Assembly: GCF_009914755.1 (NCBI RefSeq)
Contig: NC_060935.1
Source: the human T2T-CHM13v2.0 reference genome, Homo sapiens
Length of the DNA stretch: 64,000 bases
Strand: one strand, 5' to 3'
In this document: positions 11,785-24,479 of the stretch, piece by piece
Numbering within the stretch: the first letter of the stretch is position 1
Layout of the letters: the number at the start of each line of letters is the position of its first letter
The notes under the pieces: model-generated
What the model saw: only the letters and a program-made list of their open reading frames with translations
Told to the model about the DNA's origin: nothing
Databases searched by the model: none
Made by a program: the position numbers and the translations under genes

Positions 11785-12729
11785 TCATGAAGAATCTACC
11801 TTTGATCTTAGAACTTTCTCAGCTGCATCCTTTACATCTTTATTTCTCAAACTATAAATCAACGGATTCAGCACTGGAATGAAAATGGTGTAGAACACTG
11901 AGATAATTTTATCAGTGTTTGGAGAATACAGGTAGCTGGGCCGTGAGTAAATAAAGAGGAGAGTCCCTTGGTAGATCGTCACTGAAGTCAGGTGAGAGGC
12001 GCATGTAGAAAAGGTCTTCTTCCTCCCACTGAAAGAGCGGATCTTTAAGACTGAGAGAAGAATGAAAAAGTAGGAGATGATGATGATGATAAAACAAATG
12101 ATTTCCACTGAGCTGCCGTATGTGGAGAGGAGCCACTCATTAATTGTTGTGTCAGTGCAGGATAGTTTAAGCAGGGGAGGGAGGTCACAGAAAAAATGAT
12201 TAATAACATTTTTGTCACAATATTTCAGAATAAAGGCAAAGGATGTGTGAACCAGGGAACTCATGTTGCCTCCAAGGTATGACAAGACAATCAACCGCAT
12301 ACAGATGCCCCTAGACATCACAACTGTGTACAATAAAGGGTTACAGATGGCGACATAGCGATCATAGGCCATGGCGGCCAGGATGAAGGATTCTGTATCT
12401 GCAAAAGTACAGAAAAAATAAAACTGCAGGGCACACCCATAATAGGAAATAGATTTGTTCTCCGAGAGGAAATTGACCAGCATTTTGGGAACAATGTCTG
12501 AGAAATAGCAAAGGTCTACAAATGATAGGTTGCTAAGGAAAAAATACATGGGGGTTTGAAGGTGAGGATCAATCCTGATCAACAGCATCAATCCAATGTT
12601 CCCTATCAGAATTATAGCATACAATGTCAGAAACATGAGGAACAGGACAATCTGCAGTTCAGGGCGAGTTGGAAAACCTAATAGAATAAACTCAGTGACC
12701 AACGTGTAGTTTCTATCTGTAAATTCCAT
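11785..12729 (-). CDS. OR5I1: Olfactory receptor family 5 subfamily I member 1, 314 aa, intact single coding exon
   Basis: OR motifs: N-Y-T sequon, [54 protein letters not shown]; N-terminus [10 protein letters not shown] recognised. Confidence 0.96.
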   Translation of the reverse strand: MEFTDRNYTLVTEFILLGFPTRPELQIVLFLMFLTLYAIILIGNIGLMLLIRIDPHLQTPMYFFLSNLSFVDLCYFSDIVPKMLVNFLSENKSISYYGCALQFYFFCTFADTESFILAAMAYDRYVAICNPLLYTVVMSRGICMRLIVLSYLGGNMSSLVHTSFAFILKYCDKNVINHFFCDLPPLLKLSCTDTTINEWLLSTYGSSVEIICFIIIIISYFFILLSVLKIRSFSGRKKTFSTCASHLTSVTIYQGTLLFIYSRPSYLYSPNTDKIISVFYTIFIPVLNPLIYSLRNKDVKDAAEKVLRSKVDSS

Positions 12730-12776
12730 CTTCTGTGTTGTTTTCCTTTTATGAGAATTTCTAATACCCTACAATG

Positions 12777-12806
12777 CTATAATGATGAAAAAAGAAAAAT
12801 AATTAG
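12777..12806 (-). promoter_or_regulatory. Probable splice acceptor for OR5I1 coding exon
   Basis: Minus strand CTAATTATTTTTCTTTTTTCATCATTATAG (branch-like CTAAT, pyrimidine tract, AG at 12778-12777), about 48 nt upstream of the ATG. Confidence 0.6.
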
Positions 12807-14449
12807 ATGTAATTATAAAGTTATTTTATTGTTTAAAAAATAAATAAATGGCAATAAGATAAAGAAAGCAAGCTCAAACTTTTTTGAACTATAAACTCTG
12901 AGAAATATATTTCAGAATTTAGTAATATCATATTTCATGGTTGCAGGTTATATTTTATTTGATTACTATTTCTTCCATTGAACAGTTGACTTCCTATGTG
13001 CATGGATCATGTCTGATTTGGCTTACCATTTTGCACCCAAAATATTAAACAATTACTGGCCCAGAGTATTAAAAAAGTAATAAATTAATGAACAGACTGA
13101 TGATCACATTAAGTAAAGAAAATATGTATATTATTAAAAATGGACTGACTTATAGAGTGTTCCTTTGAATAAGAATTTTAGAACATCTGCTTCTTGTTTT
13201 CAGGATTTGATAGATACCGGTATGCTGTGTCTCTTGACTGAGTAAATAGAGTGGTGTGATGAAATATGCCGGCTAATTTTTTTTTTACTGTAAAGCAGAA
13301 GCTTTAGCGAAATAAAAACAAATGTCAGTAAATACCAGCTCTGAGGATATTTTTGACAGAAAAGAGCTTAGTGTAATTCCATAAACCCTGTTCACATACT
13401 AAACTAAGCTGATAAAATTAGTTAACTACTTGTTTCAATACTTCTGGCATTTATCGAACTCCTTGGCTTCCTGGAAATGCTCATTAAACATTAGTGGACT
13501 GACCAAGTACAGTCAGCAAAACATTTAGTTATATGTTAACTTGCAATTAAATAACATTACTATATATGGCATCATCACTGATTAAATTTTATAAGTAAAG
13601 AACAATTGTTGCATTTATTGTTATGGTAGTATAATACAAAGTGTTGAGTCAGAAAAATCTGTTAAACACTGCTTCTGAGGTCTCAAAATACTTACAGAAT
13701 TATAAAAATTTTTAACTTGACTTTGAAGTACAAATAATTTGATTTTGACCATGAAGGATAGACTTGGAAATACGTAAAAAACAAAACAACAACAAAAAAA
13801 AGCAAGCAAAGCATCAATCTCTAAAGTTCATGTTGAGAGGGCCAAGATGGGAATTAAAAATATTTGAGTCACTGCCTCATTTACATAATAGATATTATGA
13901 CAATGACAGTGCTAAAGACAATTTATTTATCTCATGTAAGCAATAAAACTACCCAATGACATAAACACTGAGAAGCCTATTGATAATCAGAAGGGTTAAT
14001 CACGTGCTCAAAGTGCTGCCTTATGTTATCACCTCAAAGCGTGTGAATGAGATGCAGCACTACAGCAGGACAGTGGTTATTCTCATTTTGCTTGTTTGAA
14101 AATAGTCAAGGTATTTAGACAATATAAGACATCACTTCGATTTAGGAGGAATTTGATTAGATGCCCATCTTGGCTGCATGGGGGCTGTGTGACCTTGTGC
14201 CACTTAATATAAATTATCCTAATCTATACTACAACAATGATAATAAATATCTCATAGTGTTTCTGTATGGATTAAATAGGGAAAATGTTCTGCCCCCCCT
14301 TTCTGTCCCTTTATCTACCTACTTATCTTTCCATGTGTCATTCTTTAGGGAGACTGACATACAGTAGATAACATCAAAAATTAGTTTTGATTGCCACGCT
14401 GCCATTTTATTCTTAGATTATGACTAGAGCTACCTGTCAAATTTTACTA

Positions 14450-14830
14450 ACAATAATTGTCACCTGTATAATGCTTACTATGTGTAATGCAATATTCTTA
14501 ACACTTCACCTATAACTCATTTAATTGTCACCAAAAAACTAACAAAATTACCATGGAGTTACTATCATTATGATCTTTTTCTTATAGATGAAGGAAACTA
14601 AGAAAGAGAGAATTTGAGATTTAGGATGTGATGGAAACAGGATTAGAACCCAAAATTCTGACTCCAAAGCCACATGATACACTGGTTCTCTATAAACAGG
14701 ATTCTTTTTATTAGCTCCATATTTTGGATGAGAACATTAATGCTTAGGATAGTATCTCAAGGTCATTCAACATGTAGTTGACCAGTGCAATTCAAACTCA
14801 GGGGTGTATGAAATCAAAGCCCATGAAAGC
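14450..14830 (+). mobile_element. MIR fragments
   Basis: 'ttatagatgaaggaaactaag...ggattagaacccaaaattctgactccaaagcc'. Confidence 0.6.
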
Positions 14831-17800
14831 AAGCATGAGGACGGGGAGAATATTAACAGTATGACCATTCTATGGTTCGCATACTTCCCAAAAATGTGGG
14901 GCATGTATTCTTGGCAACTTCACATTGGTCATTCCTTCTGATAGTCAAAAAATTCTATTTAGAGAAATATTAAAAGGAAGAGAAGAGGCATGAGGATAGT
15001 GGTAGGAAAAGACAGTGATTCTTGGATTCTTCTTTTTAAAAGGGAATTAACAAATAAATCTTACTAAAATACTATGATTCAATAAGTTCTTTCCAAACAT
15101 AACAAAACAATCTTATGTTATAAAATAAGTTAATTCAAGTTATAAGGTAGGTAGATATGCTTTGGTTCTCCTATCAGTAACAAAAGGCTTATTTAAACAA
15201 AAGACATTTTAGACCCTGTGGAAGCTATATCAGAAAGGGTGATAAAAGATAGATTACCTTGTCAGTACAATATTGAATGATAAATGTACTTTCAAAACTA
15301 TTTGTACTCAAATCAGTGGTTCTTGCTCTCAGACCAACAAAAGTTGATTTTTTTTTTTTTTGCACGATTAAAGCCAGTCCAATAACCGCAGAAGCTACTT
15401 ACTGAGGAAGGAACTGTTGCAAGTTGCTTAAGGGAATAATTTCACCAATACAACCAAGGGCTTTTACATGAATTCTTATGTCACTGGGGACCTAGTAATT
15501 GAAGGATTCCAAGCATGTTAATTTCTGAGAGACTCCTAGAAAATAGTTACTAGGCTTATTGCCAATGTAAATATTTTCTCTAGAAACACATTCATAATTT
15601 TCATGGAAATGCTGTTGTGTTAATTTGAAGAGGTAATTTTCATTTTCAGTAATATCGAGGAGGTTGTTTTTAACACTTGGCATTCTACAAAGGACCGTCT
15701 TTATTGTGGAGGTTCTTTACAAATAGTTCAAATATTTAAAACTGTAACTACTGCCATTTAAATTTCTCAAAAACCACATGGAAACTCTAAAAATATTATT
15801 TATGATTACTAGTACTGAAAATTAATGAATTATTTTTGTGGCATTGAAAGCTTCTGTAGAGCTTAGTATCACCAGATGTTTTCTGACAAGACAGAGGACT
15901 TTATAACACCTGGTACCAAAATGTATCAGGACAATGGCAAGGTCATCTCAGTAAACACAGGTTGTCATCATCAACTTCATTATTCTGATATACATTGTAT
16001 AAGATAGCTTCATTCAAACAACTGTAGTTAATAGCTAATTGTAATTAGTGCAGCCCCACCAATTATAGTCTCTTTTTTTTCACAGTATAATGCAGGTTTA
16101 TTTATCATGCCTATATCTGGAGTATCACAGAGGAAATCTTCTTAAAACTTATATCCATTGCAAAAATCCATTTATGAACCTACTAAAACATGGTCAGAAG
16201 CCTCAGCTTAATTATTTTTTAGGAAAATAATTTCACAACTTCAATCCACTGTGTACATTCTAACTATTGAAAAAAAATCTCAGTTACTGTGAGCTCAAAT
16301 CTGAATTCATATTTCCTCTTTATTTGTGGTATGATCCTTCTATATAACTGCACACAATACTGAACTTATTTTGTGATTTAGGAAAATATAGTGATAGGGT
16401 TGGTGAACTGAAAGTTAACTCTATAAAGAAAAAATGAGAGTTTGTCATTTTAGTATAATATGCTCATACAAGGAATTTATCATTTAAAAAATTTTGAGGT
16501 AATTATCATTTTGGTAATGAAGTTATTTGAAAAACATTTTAAAAATTTACTCCGTAAATCTAGTTTTTTGAATATACTTCTTTAGAAATCACAAATTTAA
16601 ATTTTAAAAATTAATTATTTATAATTTCATTCATTAAAGGAAAAAAGTAACCGTTCTCTTTTGCTAATCCTACTCTTCGGAAAGGAAAGTGATAATATAA
16701 TATTCTAATGGTTGAGTGATTTATGAGAATCTGTGGGCAGAGGTCTAAGCCTGTAAGACGGTTGTAAGAAGAGACTATTCTCTCCAGTATCTGTAGCGTT
16801 GTCTCTGCAGAAGAACACTTGCAATCCCTATTTAATTCTTGGACTTTGCACTACTCTTTATTGTGATTCTAAATTTCCCTGACTTAGTATCCAAGAGACA
16901 TGGAGGGCAAGGAAAGATGGAAGGGAAAATTTCACATGACATAAGTCAATTGTACTTATTATTCAAGTATTCTAGAAAACCACAGGTTTTAGGTATATAG
17001 ACATAGTTGAGATTTTTCTTTTTAACATCAGATCAACTGGAAGATAGAAGTACGATAGTGGCTGCTAGTGTTAGGTCTGAGAAGACACTGAAGATAATTT
17101 GGCTCTGGTACATGTAACATTATATTATCTGATATAAGCTAATCGCATAGTCAACTGATCGGGTTTATAGTCAACTGATCAGGTTTCTGCCATGTATGGA
17201 TTACTGATAGAAGAAAGATACATAGTATATACATAATTAAATAGCCTCTGTTATCTCTATTTAAAAAGATATTTTAAAAATTATGAGACTACTACTTCAG
17301 GTAGGATATAATAATTAATTATAGTTTATCACTTCCACTGAGAATTTACAGGGAAAAAAAGGAATAAATTATAATTATCTTTGAGACCTGAAACTGTCTA
17401 TCCCTATACACAACCTAGAAGGTAAGAATGAAAAACACACCTGAAGTCGCATTATTATGACTCTGAAGTTCCTTTATTTTCATTCGCACACCCTAGTTTT
17501 TATTTATTTTTTTTTTAGAGATTTTGCCTAGGCAAATATTTTGGCTGCTCATTACAAATATTTTCTGAACACCCCATGGATTATTCAATGAGAAACATCA
17601 GCAGAAAGAAAGTTTATTCCCTAGATTGTTTCAATTCCTTGCTTCAAAGCCCTTGCCTTCTATTTCCATTAACTTGGACTGCCATATCTTGATCTAATCC
17701 AATCAAATCTTTGCTTGGAAAAACTCAAAACAAATGTCCAATTATTAATAAATTATTTTCCTGCCTTTCCTTACCCCAAGACACTGTCAAAACTTTTTGA

Positions 17801-19295
17801 GGTTGTATTAGCCCTTACCAAGGTAAACAATAAATGGCTTTCTTATGAACTTGTTATTTTGATGATATTTGGGGAATTAGATTTTGCATCATATGTATAC
17901 ACTCATCACATGTACTAGAATGAGTATAATTCAAAAAAAGGTATAACTAGTTAGAAGTCAGCTGAAGACCTGCATATGTCCCTGCAGGTATTTATCAATT
18001 ATGAGTATGAGTAAGAGATAGAACGTGGGTTTGTCCACAGTTTTTGGCAATTATGTAGTGCTGAAATACCTAAACTGATGGGAGGATCTCCAACAAATGA
18101 AGGACTTCCTATTCACGATATTTTAAATTCAAATTTTGGCATGTAATAAACTAAAGACATAGAAAATATTGGAAAAACAAACTGGTATTCTCTCAAATCT
18201 CTTAGTGTTAAGGACATAAAGAACTGCAGTGGATTTGCATTCTGAGAATTAAAGAAAATATAAAACCCAGGAGGAATTGTGACTTGGGGACACAGCCAAA
18301 CTATATCAGTTGGAGTCTGTAAAACATGCAGAAATTGCGGTAATTGCATGGGATTAGAGTGCACAAACTGCATACATGTGGGGCCTCAAATACAGTTATC
18401 TTCCTTCCACAAGATCTGCCAAATTTTAAAGCTGTGTGTAATGTTAGATTGAAGATGCCAGAAACCTCTGAAAACACAAGAGTGGACATTCTTGTAGTCT
18501 CTTCTTGTTGAGGAGCCATAGAAAGTCCAAGTTCTTAAGTGCAAGCTGGAAGGAACATGCCTTAGACATAGGGTGAACTGGAGGTATACCGCACCTTACC
18601 GAAACAATAAGTATGATCAAACCCTAATTGTTTTCTGATCGGATTAAGTTTATCAGCCTTAACTTCATTACAGAGAGGATTGAACGCTCTGGTGAAAGAA
18701 ATCTTCGGGAATATCTTTTTTTTTTTTTTGTAGTCACTATTTGGCATGCAATAAGAAACAAATTACTAAATATAAAAATAGGCAAGTCCTTATAATGAAT
18801 AAGCATGAATTTAAAAAGCTGAAATGCATGTTGACTCACAAATTGAAATTGGCAAGCAACTTTTTTTTGTTTTTAATTATAATATATTTAAGAAAATGCT
18901 ATTTTAAAACAGAATTGGACAATGACAAAAGAGTGAAGAGATCCCCAAAGAAATTGGAAGCCATAGAAAAGTGTTAAATGGAATTGAAAAATGCAATATC
19001 TAGAATGAACAACTTATTGAATGGATTTAACAGTACATTGACTATAAGAATACAGGGAACCAGATGGAAAGTTAGGTGAGTCAAGAGGGTTTTTATTAAG
19101 ATATTGAAACTTGCAACTAATGTGGTATAGAAGGTTATCAGAAAAATATATGCTGCTATCCAAATACTTAGAATACCCACCTTGAACCAGCCTTAAGAAA
19201 CTGGTTTTCTATAGCAATTACTCTTTCACATTGGGACTGCTTAGGAATAAATGATCTCAAAGTGCTGTCCGTTTGCTACATAACCTACAGAGTTT

Positions 19296-19323
19296 TACAA
19301 TTTCCACACACTAGATGGCACCA
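19296..19323 (+). promoter_or_regulatory. Candidate CTCF site
   Basis: ACACTAGATGGCACCA core with upstream TACAATTTCC resembling the CTCF upstream motif; one mismatch at a conserved core C. Confidence 0.4.
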
Positions 19324-19849
19324 GAGACAATTACATAACCACCTGTTTAGTAAACAAGTTTATATCCTGAAAAATCCCCTAATTTTTCAGGGTTTAGGAG
19401 ATATTTCTTGTAATAAAGTTCTCTTAACAGTATTCTGCTTCTCACTGTGTATACGTGTGTGTATGTGTGTATATATATATGTGTGTGTGTGTGTATAGAT
19501 AGATTTATTTTCTTTTAAGAAACTCTTCTATTATTTTAATAGCCTATCACTTCTATTTTACATGATACTCTTATCCTCAGGTCCCAGTAAACCATCCTCA
19601 AACAAAAAGACCCAATTCTATACAAGCCCTGCCCTTGTTATCAATACCTCTATAGGATGAATTAATTTTCTGATGGACTAGTTAAAAGGTAATTTAATTA
19701 AAATTGAAATTATATTCTAGATACATATCAAACTAGTAAAAGGTAAGGGTAACTTAACTATAAATCAGTCCTGGAGAAATGGTCAAAGCAAAATCTAGTT
19801 CACATGAATTAACAAAATACCTTGTAAGAGGACTCTTCTTTTGGAAATA

Positions 19850-21230
19850 TGGCACCCTATGATACTCATACCAACACTCTTACTGGAAACAAATAAAAAT
19901 GTTGTATGAAGCCATTTTTAATTTATTCAAAAGCATGAAAGAACTGACAAGATTATTATTACCAGACAAATCACTGGAGAAGAAAATATCTTTAACACTT
20001 TACTATGTATAGATAATACAATATTTAGAGTCAGTGGGTAAAGGAATCCTGATTGAAACTGCAACAAAGCCTAGAGAAAATGCAGCTACAGATTTGACTT
20101 AGCACCTCATTCTAATAGCTAGTCAGAGAAAGGTACATGATTCTGAAGACAAATATTATCTACCTGAATCTTCACTCTTGTTTTACACAAAATATCAAGC
20201 ATAAAATGAAGAAAAATATAGGAGATACATATAGAAGCAGGAAATGTTCCCTAATAAAGAAAAAAATTTTAATATGATAATAACACAAATAATTAAGATG
20301 TAATAATGATTAGATAAAGAAGTAAAATATAACTGTGATAAATAAACTAAAACAACTAGAAAAAAGTAAATAGCATTTGTTAACAGGTGGAAAATTTTAG
20401 CAGATAATTAAAAACTAAAAGAAAGAACCACATAGAAATTCTAAAAGTGAAAATAACATGAGGAATAAAAAGTTTACTTAATAGACCTAATATTAGGCTG
20501 AACATATTAAAATAGATAAATAAATACCTGTATATCAGTCAATATAAGTTCTCCAATCTGATGCACAGAGAAAAAATAATAGTAAACTTAAAAAGATCCC
20601 AGATCCAAGACTTTAATTATCTGGCAAAATATCAAGAGACTTAGCACACATATAATTGTGAGAGTGGGCAAACTAATATTGTTAATAACGGTTGAAGAAA
20701 TAGTATCTGAGACTAAAATTGATAAAATACATAAATTCTTGGTTCTAGGATTCCCAAAGTACAGAAGGGATAATAATTGCAAAATAAATCTCATCTAGGT
20801 AAATAATAGTTAAGAAAGGGAAAAAAGCAAAACAACAACAGCTATAAATAGACCACCATCAAATGAAACAAACATTAAAATGATAGTTGATTTCTCATCA
20901 CAAAATAATGGATTTTGACACATCGGAATTTCAACTTGAAAAGATAAAATTTAAAACTTAAACTATTATCCTCTATTCAGAAAAATATATATCCTTAAAA
21001 ACTGTCTCACAAGCATATTACCAGCCACCCAAACTTCTATGGTGAGTTCTAAATATTTTAGCAGTAAACAATTTCAAATTATGAAAAATCAAACAAATAG
21101 TATATTTTCATACTTGTATGAAACCAGTATAACTCTAAAACCAAAACCCGAGAACTTTACAAAAAGAGAGAACATTACAGTTTAATGTACTTTCTGAAAG
21201 TAACAAATTGTCAAAAACTTAGAGGATGGA
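19850..21230 (+). mobile_element. Very old L1M fragments (ORF1/ORF2 region)
   Basis: A-rich strand bias; 'atagttgatttctcatcacaaaataatgg' and 'aaaccagtataactctaaaaccaaaacccg' resemble L1 ORF1/ORF2. Confidence 0.5.
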
Positions 21231-21464
21231 AATAATACCTGTTTATCAACACCACAGTTACTGTGGGGCAGGAGTCTTAGCGCAGCTTAGCTGGGCCCTC
21301 CACAAGACTTGCCTGGGGCTGGGCATGATCTCAATGCAAGATTGGGAAATGATTTATTTCCATGATCCATGAGATTGTTGGCCAAATTACCTTGCCATTG
21401 TAGAAATAAGAGCCTCATTTTTCTGAGTATTGGTTGGAGGATGTGGCCCTCAGTTCCTTTGTTA

Positions 21465-21640
21465 CTGTTTGTTTGTTTTCCGGTTTTTGTAGCAGACAAA
21501 ATTGCCCAGGCTGGAGTGCAGTGGCTAGTCATAGGTGCAATCACAGTACCCTCAAACTCCTGAACTCAAACCATTCTCCCACCTCAGCCCCTGGAGTAGC
21601 TGGGACTACAGGCAAGAATCGCTGGGTCTGGCTTGGCCCT
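21465..21640 (-). mobile_element. Alu monomer (FLAM/AluJ) inserted in an MLT1-like LTR (about 21240-21760)
   Basis: 'ttgcccaggctggagtgcagtggc...ctcaaactcctgaactcaa...agctgggactacagg'. Confidence 0.7.
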
Positions 21641-21935
21641 CAGTTCCTAACCGCTGTCCTCAGTTCCCTGTCTCATTGTTCCCCAACATTACTGCCTTTT
21701 CCATCAAAGTCAGCAGGAAAAGAAGACCTGCTGGCAGGACGTCTTAAAATACACAATGCAAAGAAGTCATTGGTCTGCTACAATTGTTCAACACCCAGCC
21801 CCCCAACCCCCCGCAAATTTTCAGTTTTCATGGCCTGCTAATAATTGCATATGTGTGTGTGTGTGTCTTGCTCTTGTTATCTGGGCTCTTGCTGTTATTG
21901 TTCTCTAAGTCATCCTTTCTAAGAAAGCAGTTTAA

Positions 21936-22126
21936 CCTTTTCACATTTAGGAAAAAATAGTGCAGCTCGCTGCCCGTGCTCATTTAATTTTACATAAACA
22001 CGCTCTTCGAGGCTGAAGCAAATCTGACTGATTTTCAACGTGAAAATAAAATATAAAAACTGTTCTTGTAGTTATTTATAAACAGAATTAACATCAGAAT
22101 CATCCGAATTATCAGAATCCTATTTC
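21936..22126 (-). mobile_element. MER75 piggyBac-family non-autonomous element, one-ended fragment
   Basis: TTAA target (21932-21935) followed by CCTTTTC terminus and 'gtgcagctcgctgcc...gaggctgaagcaaatctgactgattttc'. Confidence 0.75.
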
Positions 22127-22149
22127 TTGGGGGATAGAACTAAAATGAA

Positions 22150-22495
22150 CATCAGTTTCCTACAGCTGCTATAACCAAACACCACCAACTTAATGGCTTA
22201 AAACAATAAATCTCTTATTTTACAAGTCTACAGACTAAAAGTGGGAAATGAATTTTACTTATGGAAAGTCAAGGTGTCCACAGTGTTGTGTTGTGGCCAG
22301 AGGGTCCAGGGGAGAACTTGTTCTCTGCTTCTTCCAGCTTCTGGTGAATACTGGCATTCCTTGGCTTGTGTCTTCATCATTCTCATCTCTACCTCTGTGA
22401 CCACATTGCCTTCTTCTGATTTTTATGGGTCAAATTTCCCTCTGCAACCCTCTTATAAGGGTATTTGTTATTATATTTAGGGCCTATCTAGCTAG
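22150..22495 (-). mobile_element. MLT1-type LTR
   Basis: 'gctgctataaccaaacaccaccaacttaatggcttaaaacaa...ttccagcttctggtg'. Confidence 0.7.
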
Positions 22496-22904
22496 AGTTA
22501 GGTATGTACAAATAAATGTGATCAGAACTGACTTTATTTACTTATGGGCAAAAGCTTTTCAAGCAGATGCAAACTCTGTAACAGTCTTTTTAAAATATAA
22601 ATCCTAGTGATAGTGGCTTCTCAGAAATTTATTGCTTTCATATATGAAAAGTTCATTAGAAAAACATGAAATACTAAAAAAGAACAAGTTTAATTATATC
22701 AAAATTAATAGGGTTATAGCCCAAGCAACTATTACCATTTTCTTTACCAACAAAGAATCAATATTTATTGTTAGCTTTTACTTATTACAATGATAACACA
22801 GGTTAACTGTAGTATACTGAAAATTTTCTATAAAACAAAAAGTAAAAGAATATTTTACTCTATATTATCTATAATGAATACTATTATATTTTCATTCATC
22901 ATTT

Positions 22905-23680
22905 TCTTTTTCTTTGATTTTATTTTAGATTCAGGGATACATGTGCAAGTTTGTTACCTGGGTATATCACATGATGTTGAGATTTGCAGTATTAATGGTC
23001 CCATCACCCAGGTAGTGAGCATAGTAGGCAACAGTTAGTTTTTCAAACCTTCCCCTCACTAGTATTTCCCGGTGTCTATTTCCATCTTTATGTCCATGAG
23101 TACCCAATGTTTAGCTCCTACATATAAGTGACAACATGCAATATTTGGTTTTCTGTTCCTGCACTAATTTGCTTAGGATAATGGCCTTCAGCTGTACCCA
23201 TGTTGCTGCAAAGGACATGATCTCATTCTTTTTATGACTGTGTAGTATTCCATATTGTATATGGACCACATTTTCTTTATTCAATCCAGTGTTGACAGGC
23301 ATCTAGGCTGATTCTATGTTTTTGCTGTTGTGAATAGTGTGGCAATGAACATGCAAGTGCTTGTGTCTTTTTGGTAGAACAATCTGTTTTCTATTGGAGG
23401 TACATCCAGTAGTGGAATTGCTGGGTCAAATGGTAGTTCAAATTTCTCTGAGAAATCTCCAAACTGCTTTTCACAGTGGGTGAACTAATTTAGATTCCCA
23501 CCAACATTGTATAAGAGTTCACTTTTTTTCTGCAGCCTCACCAACATCTGTTGTTTTTTGACTTTTTAACAAAAGCCATTCTGACTAGTGTGAGATGGTA
23601 TCTCATTGCGGTTTTTATTTGCATTTCTGTGATGATTAGTGATTTGGAGCATTTTTCCTATGTCTGTTGACTGCTGTGTA
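22905..23680 (-). mobile_element. L1PA/L1PB 3' end, 5'-truncated
   Basis: T-rich tail, 3' UTR and ORF2 C-terminus (minus ORF 'NEIMSFAATWVQLKAIILSKL'). Confidence 0.9.
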
Positions 23681-24479
23681 TATATGTGTTGTACAAGGTA
23701 CATGTGTGGTATCTTTTATTTTATAGTAGATATTCTTATAAAACTTATTTTATCTTTTCTAATTTTCCTATCACTGTATCATCTCCAGGAAAATATATTT
23801 AGAAAAAAAATTGTCAATATTCAATTAAAATTGTTAATTTCTCCACACTTATTTCTTCAAGTTTTTATTATATGCATATATTTTAATAAAATTTATATTT
23901 TATCAAGTTACAGAGTTATAGCATGTAGAAATGTTTAGTCTGATTTATACATAAATTATGCTTAATATTTACTGCTCTTATATAACAACATCATTTGTGA
24001 AAGTACATTACCAAAAAAAGGTACTTTTTCCCTAAGAAGTGATTTCTCTGGACAGTCGATGCTAGGTGAAAATGTATGTAAGTGTGTGTATATATGCATA
24101 TAACATCTATTTCAACCTGCCTTATAAAGGACTGTTAAGAATCTATAGAAATGCATGATATGATATCCACGACAGCATATAATAGAGTTCCTATTACAAC
24201 TGAGTCTATTACATCAGTCCTTGTCAAAAGATTTTACTAAAAGAAGAAATTGCACAAAAAAATTATAAAATTACCAGTGGAATGATTTGCTATTTGTTGA
24301 CACATACATTGCTGTTATAACCTAAGATAGAAACATCTCTCAAAATTAAAAATAAGTTTAATTTGAAAATACTTACCATTCTAGATACAGATAAGAAATC
24401 CAATACAGCTAAAAACATATATCTTTTGAAATTTCAATTTAGATATATAAGAAAACAAGATCATGATAGTGATTTTTTT

